DNA from: an uncultured Clostridium sp.
GTDB taxonomy: Bacteria; Bacillota; Clostridia; TANB77; CAG-508
Length of the DNA stretch: 64,000 nt
Assembly: GCA_905213875.1 (NCBI GenBank)
Contig: CAJMJN010000001.1
Location: 59,940-123,939 of the forward strand
Reading direction: 5' to 3'
In this document: one piece after another, positions 1 through 9,070 of the stretch
Position numbering within the stretch: position 1 is the stretch's first letter
Layout: each line of letters starts with the position of its first letter
Translations under genes and position numbers: made by a program
Notes under the pieces: generated by a model
Database searches by the model: none
What the model was told of the DNA's origin: nothing
What the model saw: the letters and a program-made list of their open reading frames with translations, nothing else

Positions 1-3000
1 AGAAACAAATACAAAACATTAAAAGCAGAAGGAACCGCATATGTTAATTCAACAACAAATTCTAATTTTAAAGATGCAAGTTCACCAAAGGTTCAGACAA
101 TAATAGAAGAAGGAGAATATGTATTTGTAGGACCATATAAAATACAAAATACAGGAGCAGGAAGTATAAGCAAAGCAGTTGTAACAAAAGAAGATGGTGG
201 AACTTGTGAAGCAGATGGATGGGCAAGTTCAGCAAATCCAAATGGAGTAAACAAGATATCATCAATACCAAATGGTTCAACATTTTATTTAGCATTTAAA
301 AGTAATAAGCCAGATAGTGCAAAAGAAGTAAAAATATATAAAAAAATAAATAATATTTTAAGAGCTAGAATGGTATTTTTTGCATCAGATGGTGGACAAA
401 ATATGGCTTCATATGGTGGTAGATTAACAGGCTCAACAGAGGTAAGCATTAATTTGCCAAGGGTATATTTTACAAATATAAAAATAACAAAAAAAGATCA
501 AGATAGTGGAAAATTATTAAACAATGTTGGTTTTAAGGCTTATTGCAAAGACAGAGGTTGGGTTGTTGATGGAAGTCCAGCAACATATACTTCAGATGAA
601 AGTAAAGCAACAATTTATGTAACAAAACAAGGTGTAGCAACAATAAGAAATATAAATAAAACAGGAGATTATACAATATATGAAGTAGTAAATCCAAACT
701 TTGGATATAAAGAAGTTAGTGTATCAAGTCCAGAAGTAATGGGAAATATAAATATTTCTGCAGTAGGACAAGCAATAAATCAAACATATACAAACAAAAG
801 ATTATATGTAAAAATAAGTGGATATGTATGGGAAGATATAATATCTCAAAAAGCATCAATAAGAAATTATTTATGGAAAAATGATCAAAATGATCAAGAA
901 GACAAAAGAGTAAATAATATAACAGTAACATTGAAAAAATCAGATGGAACAATTATAGACACAAAAACAACAAAAAAAATAAATAATACAAGTGGACAAC
1001 AAGAATTAGGAGCATATCTTTTTGGTGATTACCAAAGAGACTCATCAGCTAAAAAAATACAAATAGAAGATTTAAATGGAGCATATATAGAATTTGAATA
1101 TAATGGAATGTGCTATAAATCTGTACCAGTAAAAGCAACAGTAGCAAATGGAAGCAAAGCAACAGATGATAATTTAAGAAATGACTTTAATAATAATTAT
1201 GCAACAATAGTAAAAAATGAATCTAGAAATGGTGAAAATAGAAAAGTATATAACTTAGATTATTCATATAGTGATCATGTAAGTACACTAAAATATGGTG
1301 GAAATTACATATATGGATATGATGGTCAAAAATATCCTGTAACAGGTGTAAGTAACCAATATATGCTAATAGCAAATACAAAAGATGCATCACCAGATAG
1401 ACTGTTAGGACAATCTATTACGTTAGCACAATTATATTCTAATAATGTAGAAGAAATTCCAAACATAAATCTTGGATTATATGAAAGAGAAATGCCAGAT
1501 TTAGCAATAATAGAAGACATAGAAAGTGCAAAAATACAATTAAATGGATATACACATACATATAAATATAATCAAAGATTTAATAATACAGCAGATGATG
1601 GATTTAATATGGCTGTAAAATTCGGAAATAAATGGGGTTCAGCGTCATATACAAGAGAAATGTATTCAGCAGATGTTTCATATAATCAACAAGATGGAAA
1701 TGCTGGAAAATTACAAATGTATATAACATATAAAATAGCAATTAGAAATGAATCAACAAACTTATATACACAGGCAAATCAATTAGTAAACTATTTTGAT
1801 AATAGATATGATATTGCAAGTATAATAACAGAAGATGGAGAAGACATAGCATATCAAGTAGATGAAAGCTATAATAATAATGGATATAAAAAGGTAGCAA
1901 TAGGTGCTAACCAAAAAATCGCACCACAAAAACAAAAAATAGTTTATATACAATATAAATTAAAAAATGATGCAATAAATGCAGTGTTAAATGAGGATAT
2001 AACTTTAAATTCTGTTACAGAAATAAGTTCATATTCAACATATTCAAATGAAGGATTTAGTAGTAGATATGCAGGAATAGATAAAGATTCTAATCCAGAA
2101 ACAACAGAACCAACTAATAGAGATTCATTTGAAGATGATACAGACTCAGCACCATCATTTATAGTAAAAGTACAAGAAGGTGACACTAGAGTAATAAAAG
2201 GAACTGTATGGGAAGATGCCGCAATACAAGAATTACTAGACAAAGAAGGAAAAGATAGACAAAGAAAAGGTGACGGTATATATAATACACAAAATGGTTC
2301 TAAAGATGGAACAGTAGAAAAAGTTAAAGTAGAATTACTAGAGACAAATGAAAATGGAGAAATAAAAACATCAGAAGATGGAAATGCAGTTGTTGCAACT
2401 TTATACAAAAGAGAAAAAGATGAACAAGGAAAACCAAAAACACAAGAAGCATCACAATATACAACAGGAGAAGGAGCATATGAATTTAGCGGTGTAATTC
2501 CAGGAAATTATTTAATACGTTACACATATGGAAACAATAGTGTAATACACAAATATGATGGAACAACAGAAAATATCAAGATAATCAACTATAAATCAAC
2601 TATTTATAGAGGTGGAAGCAAAAAATCAGCAAATGAAGTGGTAACAAACAAATATTGGTATAGAACAGAAACAGGAGATGCTACAAGACTATCAGATGCA
2701 AAAGATGACTTAGGAGTAAATACAGATGGAAGTAAATTTGATATAGTAGATACAAGAACAAAAGAAGAAACAATAACATATGGAACATCTACAGAACAAA
2801 ATTTACAAGACATTGAAGCAAATACTCAAAAATTTGAGATAAAATTAGATTATGATGTAAACTTAGACAATATTAGTGAATTTGGTGCAAACTTGAAATT
2901 TATATTTGATAATATAGATTTTGGTATAATTCAAAGACCTATACAAGATGTTAGAATAGGAAAAGAAATATCACATGTAAAAGTTACTTTAGCAAATGGA

Positions 3001-3726
3001 CAAGTAATAATCGATGGCGACCCAAGAACAGACGATTTACAACATGTAAAAGTATTACCAGATGGAAATATCCATGTAGAGATTGATACTGAATTAATGC
3101 AAGGTGCCACATTAGAAGTAGAATATGAAGTATCTGTAGACAATACAAGAGCTGAAATAGACTATAATGAAAAAGATTATTACATTTATGGAATAATAAC
3201 AAATCCGAATAATTGGAAAATGGCAACAGTAAGTAAACTATATGACTATTTATCAAATGACTTAGACTTTAAAGACAGTAACTTAAAAGAAAATGGAGGT
3301 TCATGGACAGTTGTAAATAGTAGAGACTTAAGCAAAGGTGGTAATTTATCAGAAAAAGCATTTGAAGCTGTACGTAAATACAATAGAATATTCCAAACAG
3401 AAGAATTTGCAAATATGGAACCAGGACAAATAAAAACTGTAAAAATGTCAACATCAAGATTATTATCAAATAACGAAAATGACTATTCATTTGATAATGA
3501 TGTAGAAACAAATGAGCTAAAAGAAAGAAAAATAAAAGACTCAATACCAGGAAATTATGTTCCATCAGAAAGTTCAACACATGAACAAGATGACAGCAAT
3601 AAAAACATTGTAATTACGGTGCCAACTGGTGAAAATAAAGATTACTTGCCATATATAATTCTAACAATAAGTGCATTAATAATAATTAGCTCAGGTGTAG
3701 TGTTAATAAAGAAAAAAGTTCTTTAA
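1..3726 (+). CDS. Cell-wall-anchored surface adhesin/pilin-like protein with Cna B-type repeats; 5' end lies outside the window. Frame 1 is open from nt 1, so the annotated Met at 370 is internal.
   Basis: No stop in frame from nt 1. Repeated G(Y/T)VWED and NYLIRYTYG motifs typical of Cna B/SdrD-B isopeptide domains. C-terminus has TVPTGE followed by a hydrophobic segment and a KKKVL tail, the architecture of a sortase substrate. Confidence 0.7.
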   Translation, partial: RNKYKTLKAEGTAYVNSTTNSNFKDASSPKVQTIIEEGEYVFVGPYKIQNTGAGSISKAVVTKEDGGTCEADGWASSANPNGVNKISSIPNGSTFYLAFKSNKPDSAKEVKIYKKINNILRARMVFFASDGGQNMASYGGRLTGSTEVSINLPRVYFTNIKITKKDQDSGKLLNNVGFKAYCKDRGWVVDGSPATYTSDESKATIYVTKQGVATIRNINKTGDYTIYEVVNPNFGYKEVSVSSPEVMGNINISAVGQAINQTYTNKRLYVKISGYVWEDIISQKASIRNYLWKNDQNDQEDKRVNNITVTLKKSDGTIIDTKTTKKINNTSGQQELGAYLFGDYQRDSSAKKIQIEDLNGAYIEFEYNGMCYKSVPVKATVANGSKATDDNLRNDFNNNYATIVKNESRNGENRKVYNLDYSYSDHVSTLKYGGNYIYGYDGQKYPVTGVSNQYMLIANTKDASPDRLLGQSITLAQLYSNNVEEIPNINLGLYEREMPDLAIIEDIESAKIQLNGYTHTYKYNQRFNNTADDGFNMAVKFGNKWGSASYTREMYSADVSYNQQDGNAGKLQMYITYKIAIRNESTNLYTQANQLVNYFDNRYDIASIITEDGEDIAYQVDESYNNNGYKKVAIGANQKIAPQKQKIVYIQYKLKNDAINAVLNEDITLNSVTEISSYSTYSNEGFSSRYAGIDKDSNPETTEPTNRDSFEDDTDSAPSFIVKVQEGDTRVIKGTVWEDAAIQELLDKEGKDRQRKGDGIYNTQNGSKDGTVEKVKVELLETNENGEIKTSEDGNAVVATLYKREKDEQGKPKTQEASQYTTGEGAYEFSGVIPGNYLIRYTYGNNSVIHKYDGTTENIKIINYKSTIYRGGSKKSANEVVTNKYWYRTETGDATRLSDAKDDLGVNTDGSKFDIVDTRTKEETITYGTSTEQNLQDIEANTQKFEIKLDYDVNLDNISEFGANLKFIFDNIDFGIIQRPIQDVRIGKEISHVKVTLANGQVIIDGDPRTDDLQHVKVLPDGNIHVEIDTELMQGATLEVEYEVSVDNTRAEIDYNEKDYYIYGIITNPNNWKMATVSKLYDYLSNDLDFKDSNLKENGGSWTVVNSRDLSKGGNLSEKAFEAVRKYNRIFQTEEFANMEPGQIKTVKMSTSRLLSNNENDYSFDNDVETNELKERKIKDSIPGNYVPSESSTHEQDDSNKNIVITVPTGENKDYLPYIILTISALIIISSGVVLIKKKVL

Positions 3727-3774
3727 TAAAATAGTAAAAAATATCAAAATTTGATAAAAAGTAAAGAATAAAAA

Positions 3775-3802
3775 AGAGGGATGATTAGCTAATCATTCCT
3801 CT
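3775..3802. terminator. 13-bp-stem hairpin between the convergent adhesin and tetR genes; likely bidirectional terminator that overlaps the tetR stop codon.
   Basis: AGAGGGATGATTA-GC-TAATCATTCCTCT with one G-U pair, flanked by A/T runs. Confidence 0.45.
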
Positions 3803-4372
3803 AATAGTCTTATACAAATAAGGCTTATATTCATCAATAGGTAAGGGTTCCTTGTATAAAATAGAATTAAAACAAGTAGAACCAACAAGTTCAATAATCA
3901 TAAACAATGTAACATCAGGATTTTCAATCTTGATGTTATTTTCTTTTATACCTTTAATAAATAAATCATAAACAGAATTTTCAGAATCCATACTTTTATC
4001 ATGCAAATTCAAAACAGTTTTATTAAAAACACCCCAAGACAAATTTTTAGAAATAAACTTTAAAAGCAAAGGATTTTTAGTTAATTCATCAATAACATAA
4101 TTAATAATATAAATAATACTATCAGAAAAATCTGAAATATAATTTTTTCTTAAAGATTTTAGTGCATCTGAAAATAATTTTTGAGATTTTTGTACAATTA
4201 AAATATCCCTAATTTCATATTTATCCTTAAAATAAAGGTAAAAAGTACCTTTTGCAACACTGGCATTATCAACTATTTCTTGTATAGAGGTATCTTTGGT
4301 ACCTTTTTCTGTAAATAATTTAAATGCTGTATTTAATAATCTATTTTGTTTTCCTTCTTTATCATTTTTCAT
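3785..4372 (-). CDS. TetR/AcrR family transcriptional regulator
   Basis: N-terminal TetR helix-turn-helix (LLNTAFKLFTEKGTKDTSIQEIVDNASVAKGTFYLYF). Divergent from the MMPL transporter gene. Confidence 0.85.
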   Translation of the reverse strand: MKNDKEGKQNRLLNTAFKLFTEKGTKDTSIQEIVDNASVAKGTFYLYFKDKYEIRDILIVQKSQKLFSDALKSLRKNYISDFSDSIIYIINYVIDELTKNPLLLKFISKNLSWGVFNKTVLNLHDKSMDSENSVYDLFIKGIKENNIKIENPDVTLFMIIELVGSTCFNSILYKEPLPIDEYKPYLYKTIRGMIS

Positions 4373-4453
4373 AATTAATCACATTCTTTCCTATATATAA
4401 TTAAAATTTAAATATTGTTCATAAAATTATCTATAGTTATTATGACATAAAAT

Positions 4454-4535
4454 TGACTAATGGTCAATAAAATTATAAAAAAGTATTGACCGTTGGTCAT
4501 AAAAGTGGTAATATATAGGAAGTGACCAACAGTCA
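4454..4535. promoter_or_regulatory. Three TGAC-N5-GTCA palindromes (4454-4466, 4487-4499, 4523-4535) that overlap a TTGACC-17-TAATAT promoter for the MMPL gene; candidate TetR operators.
   Basis: TGACTAATGGTCA, TGACCGTTGGTCA and TGACCAACAGTCA read directly. Spacing between sites is 33 and 36 bp. The -35 element lies inside site 2. Confidence 0.55.
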
Positions 4536-4561
4536 TAAAATCAAAAGAAAGGAAGACCAAA

Positions 4562-6631
4562 ATGTTAAAAATAGCAGAAAAAATATGTAAACACAAAAAG
4601 ATAATATTCATAATTGCAATGTTGTTATTAATTCCATCATTTATAGGAATGCAAGCAACAAGAGTTAATTATGATATATTAGCGTATTTACCAGATAATG
4701 TAGATACAGTTCAAGGTGAAAACATATTAACAAATGAATTTAATATGGGTTCATATTCAATTGTTATTACAGAAAACATGAGTACAAAAGATATACAAAA
4801 ATTAGAGGATAAGTTTAAAAAATTAGATAATGTAGAAAAAGTAGCAAGTGTAGCAGATGTATTAGGATCAAATACACCAGAAGAAATGCTACCAGATGAG
4901 ATAAAAAATATAGCATACAAAGATGGAGATACAGCAATTTTAGTAACATTTAAAGAAGGAATATCTTCAGACAAAACATTAGAATCAATAGAGCAATTGA
5001 GAAAAATTGCAGATAATCAATGTAAAATAAGTGGAATGTCAGCTTTAGTATTAGACACAAAAGACATTGCAAATTCAGAAATTATTGTATATGTGGTCAT
5101 TGCAGTTATTTTATGTATGATAGTTTTACAATTTGCATTAGATTCATATTTAGCACCAGTATTTTTATTAGCAAGTATAGGAATTGCAATTCTATACAAT
5201 ATGGGTTCAAATATATTTTTAGGAGAAATATCTTATATTACAAAAGCAATTAGTGCTGTTTTACAATTAGGTGTAACAATGGATTTTGCAATATTCTTGT
5301 ATCACAGTTATAAAGCAGAAAAAGAAAATTATAATAATAATGATGAAGCAATGGCACATGCAATATCAAAAACATTGATATCAGTAGTAGGAAGTTCATT
5401 AACTACAATAGCAGGATTTTTAGCACTTTGCAGTATGAACTTAACTTTAGGAAAAGACATAGGAATAGTAATGGCAAAAGGTGTATTTTTAGGAGTAGTA
5501 TCAGTTGTTACAGTATTACCAGCAATGTTATTAATATTTGATAAAGCAATAGAAAAAACAAAACATAAAGAAATATTACCAAGATTTGAAAAATTAAAGA
5601 ACTTTAATATAAAACACTATAAAGCAATAATAGTAACATTTTTAATAATATTACCAATAGCAATTTATGGATATTCAAATATCAGTGTATATTATGATTT
5701 AAACAAAACATTACCACAAACACTACCAAGTATAGAAGCAACAAATACACTAGAAGACAAATTCAATATGGTATCAACAGAACTTGCATTAGTAAGTAAA
5801 GACGTTCCAACTTACAAGGTAAATGAAATGTTAGACAAAATCCAGGATTTAGATGGAGTTGAATTTGCATTAGGATATTCTTCACTTGTTGATAATGGAA
5901 TACCAGAAGAAATAATACCAGATAGCATAAAAGATATACTTCAAAATGACAAATACCAATTAGTTGTAATTAGTTCAAAATATGAACTTGCAACAGATGA
6001 ATTAAATAATCAAGTTGATAAAATAAATTCAATAATTAAAGAATATGACAACAATGCCTTACTTGCAGGTGAAGGACCATTAATGAAAGACTTAGTAGAA
6101 ATTAGTGATCATGATTTTAATAGTGTAAATAGTGTATCAATAGCAGTTATATTTATAATAATGATATTTGTATTAAAATCAATTTCATTACCAGTAATTT
6201 TAATGATGGTAATTGAATTTGCAATATTCCTAAACATGGGAATATCAACATATACAAATACAACATTACCATTTATAGCATCAATAGTAATAGGAACAAT
6301 TCAATTAGGAGCAACAATAGATTATGCAATTTTGATAACAACAAAATATATCAATTATAGAAAAGAAGGAAAAGACAAAAAAGAAGCAGTGTCAGAAGCC
6401 TTAGGAACATCTATAAGCTCAATTATAGTTAGTGGATTATGTTTCTTTGGAGCAACATTTGGAGTTGGTGTCGTTTCTAAAATAGGAATGATTGGATCAC
6501 TATGTACACTTATGTCAAGAGGAGCAATTATAAGTATGTGTACAGTAATTATGGTATTACCAGCATTCTTATTATTATTTGATAAAATTGTATGTAAGTC
6601 TACAGTGGGAATGAGGCAAATAAAAAATTAA
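4562..6631 (+). CDS. MMPL family (RND-related) membrane transporter
   Basis: Two transmembrane bundles with large extracytoplasmic loops, and the MMPL motif GVTMDFAIFLYHSYK. 689 aa. Confidence 0.8.
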   Translation: MLKIAEKICKHKKIIFIIAMLLLIPSFIGMQATRVNYDILAYLPDNVDTVQGENILTNEFNMGSYSIVITENMSTKDIQKLEDKFKKLDNVEKVASVADVLGSNTPEEMLPDEIKNIAYKDGDTAILVTFKEGISSDKTLESIEQLRKIADNQCKISGMSALVLDTKDIANSEIIVYVVIAVILCMIVLQFALDSYLAPVFLLASIGIAILYNMGSNIFLGEISYITKAISAVLQLGVTMDFAIFLYHSYKAEKENYNNNDEAMAHAISKTLISVVGSSLTTIAGFLALCSMNLTLGKDIGIVMAKGVFLGVVSVVTVLPAMLLIFDKAIEKTKHKEILPRFEKLKNFNIKHYKAIIVTFLIILPIAIYGYSNISVYYDLNKTLPQTLPSIEATNTLEDKFNMVSTELALVSKDVPTYKVNEMLDKIQDLDGVEFALGYSSLVDNGIPEEIIPDSIKDILQNDKYQLVVISSKYELATDELNNQVDKINSIIKEYDNNALLAGEGPLMKDLVEISDHDFNSVNSVSIAVIFIIMIFVLKSISLPVILMMVIEFAIFLNMGISTYTNTTLPFIASIVIGTIQLGATIDYAILITTKYINYRKEGKDKKEAVSEALGTSISSIIVSGLCFFGATFGVGVVSKIGMIGSLCTLMSRGAIISMCTVIMVLPAFLLLFDKIVCKSTVGMRQIKN

Positions 6632-6662
6632 TTGTAATATTTTTTATAAAACACTAATTAAT

Positions 6663-6775
6663 TTAATATATATTTTTTACTTGTAACTCTTGGGCTTCGT
6701 ACAGACTGTAATTGTATAACAGTCTGTAACTTGTCGGTCCCCCCGAAATGTTACTTCATAAAAAATATATATTAA
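6663..6775. repeat. About 113-bp palindromic intergenic element. Terminal inverted repeats of about 23 bp (TTAATATATATTTTTTAC.TGTAAC / GTTAC.TCATAAAAAATATATATTAA) enclose a perfect internal inverted repeat, TACAGACTGT-N8-ACAGTCTGTA.
   Basis: Read directly. A truncated relative occurs at 24083-24137. Confidence 0.5.
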
Positions 6776-6798
6776 ATAAATAGAAATTGGGATAAAAT

Positions 6799-8814
6799 TT
6801 GGAAAGGAAGGATTCTAAAATGAAGAGTAATAAAGTAATTTCAAAAATAGTAGCAAGTACATTGTTATGCTCAATGGTAGGTTATACACTTCCTGTATTT
6901 GCATATACAAAAGATGAAACAGTATATTCAAAATTAGATAGTGAAGGGAAAAATTATAAAACAATAGTTAGTACACATATAGAAAATAGTGAATATGCTG
7001 ATACAATAAATGATATGTCAGATTTACTAAATATAAAAAATACAAGTGGTGATGAAACATATACACAAGATGGTAATAAATTTGTATGGAATGCAAATAA
7101 AAATGATATTTATTATCAAGGTGAATCAGAAAAAGAATTACCAATAGAGTGTGAAGTAAAATATGAATTAGATGGAAAAGAAGTTTCTGCAAATGAAATT
7201 GCAGGAAAAAGTGGAAAAGTAAAAATAACTTTACAATATAAAAATAAAGAAGAAAGAACAATTAATATTAATGGTAAAGATGAAAAAATGTATGTGCCAT
7301 TTGTAGTTGTTGCTGGAACTATTATAAAAAATGAAAATGCAAGAAATATAGAAATATCATCTGGTAAAGTAGTAGATGATGGAACAAAAACTGTAATAGT
7401 TGGTATGGCAATGCCAGGTTTACAAGAAAGTTTAGGAATTTCTAGTGATGAAATTGATATTCCAAATAATATAGAAATTACAATGGATGCAACAAATTTT
7501 GAAACAAGTAGTATAATGTCATATGTCACACCTAAAGTTATAGAAGAAGACGATTTAACAATATTTGACGATTTAGACGAAATGTATAATAAAGTAAATA
7601 CTTTACAAAGTTCTATGAATCAAATTCAAGATGGGGCAAACACATTAAAAGATGGAACAACAGAATTAGAAGCAGGTGCAAATACTTTAAAGAATGGTGT
7701 TAATACAGCATATAGTGGAGCTCAAACAATAACATCAGAAGTAGAAAAATCAACACAAAGTTTAAAAAATGATAATTCAGAAGCTTTAGATAATGCAACT
7801 TTAGAATCAATAAAAAAACAAGCTGCTGAAAGCAGTAAATTAACAGATGAACAAAAGGCACAAATAAAAGCTCAAGCTCAATCAGGCGCAACATTAACAC
7901 AAGAACAAAAAAATCAAATTTCTGCACAAGCTAAAGCAAAAGCAGTATTAACAGAAACACAAAAGACACAAATAACAGCAGTAGCAAAACAAGGAGCAGT
8001 ATTAACAGATGCGCAAAAAGCACAAATAAAAACACAAGCTAAAGAAAAAGCAGTATTAACAGATGCACAAAAAACACAAATAATAGCAAATGCACAATCA
8101 GCATATCCAACAACACTAACAGAAACAGAAAAAGCATTAATACTAACAACAGCTCAAAATACAGCAACACAAACAGCAGTGGCAACAGCACTAGAAACAG
8201 CCCAAAGCACAGCAACCAAAACAGCAGTAGCAACAGCATTAAATGTAGCGCAACAAATAGCAACACAGACAGCTGAAACAACAGCATTAGAAACAGCACA
8301 ACAAATAGCAACACAAACAGCAATAACAACAGCATTATCAACAGCTCAAAGTACAGCAACTACAACAGCAATGCAAACATCAACAACAGTTGCAAAACAA
8401 GTTGGAAATCAAGCTAAAAAAACATTTACAAATAAAGTAGTCTCACAAATGAGTACATTAGGAAATGGTTTAAATCAATTAACATCTGGCTTATCAGAAT
8501 TAAATAATGGAGCTACAACATTAGCAAATGGAACAACTCAAATTAATGATGGAGCAACAACTCTAGCAGATGGAATAAAAACATTTAATGAAGAAGGAAT
8601 CGAAAAAATCTGTAATTATATAAATGGAGATGCCAAAGATTTAACTACAAGAGTTGAGAAATTAACAGAATTATCTAAAGAATATAACAATTTTACAATG
8701 CTAGACGGAGAAAATTTAGGAGAAGTTAAATTTATTATGATTATTGATGCAGTAAAACAACAAACAGAAAATGAACAAAATAAAGAAGAAGCAATAGTAG
8801 AAGAAAATAAATAA
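6799..8814 (+). CDS. Secreted YhgE/Pip-like repeat protein with an N-terminal signal peptide and no C-terminal transmembrane domain. Carries Ala/Thr/Gln-rich tandem repeats.
   Basis: Signal peptide KIVASTLLCSMVGYTLPVFAYT. Pip-type TLKDGTTELEAGANTLKNG and LTSGLSELNNGATTLANG heptad segments. Six 18-aa LTDAQKAQIKTQAKEKAV-type repeats and four 15-aa TAVATALETAQSTAT-type repeats. Confidence 0.6.
   Translation: MERKDSKMKSNKVISKIVASTLLCSMVGYTLPVFAYTKDETVYSKLDSEGKNYKTIVSTHIENSEYADTINDMSDLLNIKNTSGDETYTQDGNKFVWNANKNDIYYQGESEKELPIECEVKYELDGKEVSANEIAGKSGKVKITLQYKNKEERTININGKDEKMYVPFVVVAGTIIKNENARNIEISSGKVVDDGTKTVIVGMAMPGLQESLGISSDEIDIPNNIEITMDATNFETSSIMSYVTPKVIEEDDLTIFDDLDEMYNKVNTLQSSMNQIQDGANTLKDGTTELEAGANTLKNGVNTAYSGAQTITSEVEKSTQSLKNDNSEALDNATLESIKKQAAESSKLTDEQKAQIKAQAQSGATLTQEQKNQISAQAKAKAVLTETQKTQITAVAKQGAVLTDAQKAQIKTQAKEKAVLTDAQKTQIIANAQSAYPTTLTETEKALILTTAQNTATQTAVATALETAQSTATKTAVATALNVAQQIATQTAETTALETAQQIATQTAITTALSTAQSTATTTAMQTSTTVAKQVGNQAKKTFTNKVVSQMSTLGNGLNQLTSGLSELNNGATTLANGTTQINDGATTLADGIKTFNEEGIEKICNYINGDAKDLTTRVEKLTELSKEYNNFTMLDGENLGEVKFIMIIDAVKQQTENEQNKEEAIVEENK
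7843..8380 (+). repeat. Intragenic tandem repeats inside the 6799-8814 gene: 54-bp units about six times, then 45-bp units about four times.
   Basis: Periodic LT(D/E)xQKxQI and TAxxTALxxAQ units in the translation. The DNA is visibly periodic. Confidence 0.6.
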
Positions 8815-8828
8815 AGATTTTTTAGAAA

Positions 8829-8858
8829 AGATGAACTTAAATGTTCATCTTTTTCTTT
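8829..8858 (+). terminator. Rho-independent terminator
   Basis: AGATGAAC-TTAAAT-GTTCATCT followed by TTTTT. Confidence 0.6.
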
Positions 8859-9070
8859 TAGAAAGAATGCTGTTTTTATATATCAATTTATATTGCTTTT
8901 TTCGGCAATATGTAATAAAATAAACAACGAATAATGTGATAATAAAAACGAAAATAAAAATATATATCATAAATTGTAAAAAAGTTTTTCTAGATAATAG
9001 ACTAGAAAAGACAAAAACCACAAAGGACAAGTATTAAAATTAGCTTATCAAATAATAAGAGGTGGTAAGG

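Noticed and set aside
8039-8359. Minus-strand ORF of 106 aa (Leu/Phe-rich), and many other antisense ORFs in the track
   Set aside because: They lie antisense within well-supported genes and are mirror images of the sense-strand repeats. Poly-Leu/Phe composition is the expected artefact of AT-rich antisense frames.
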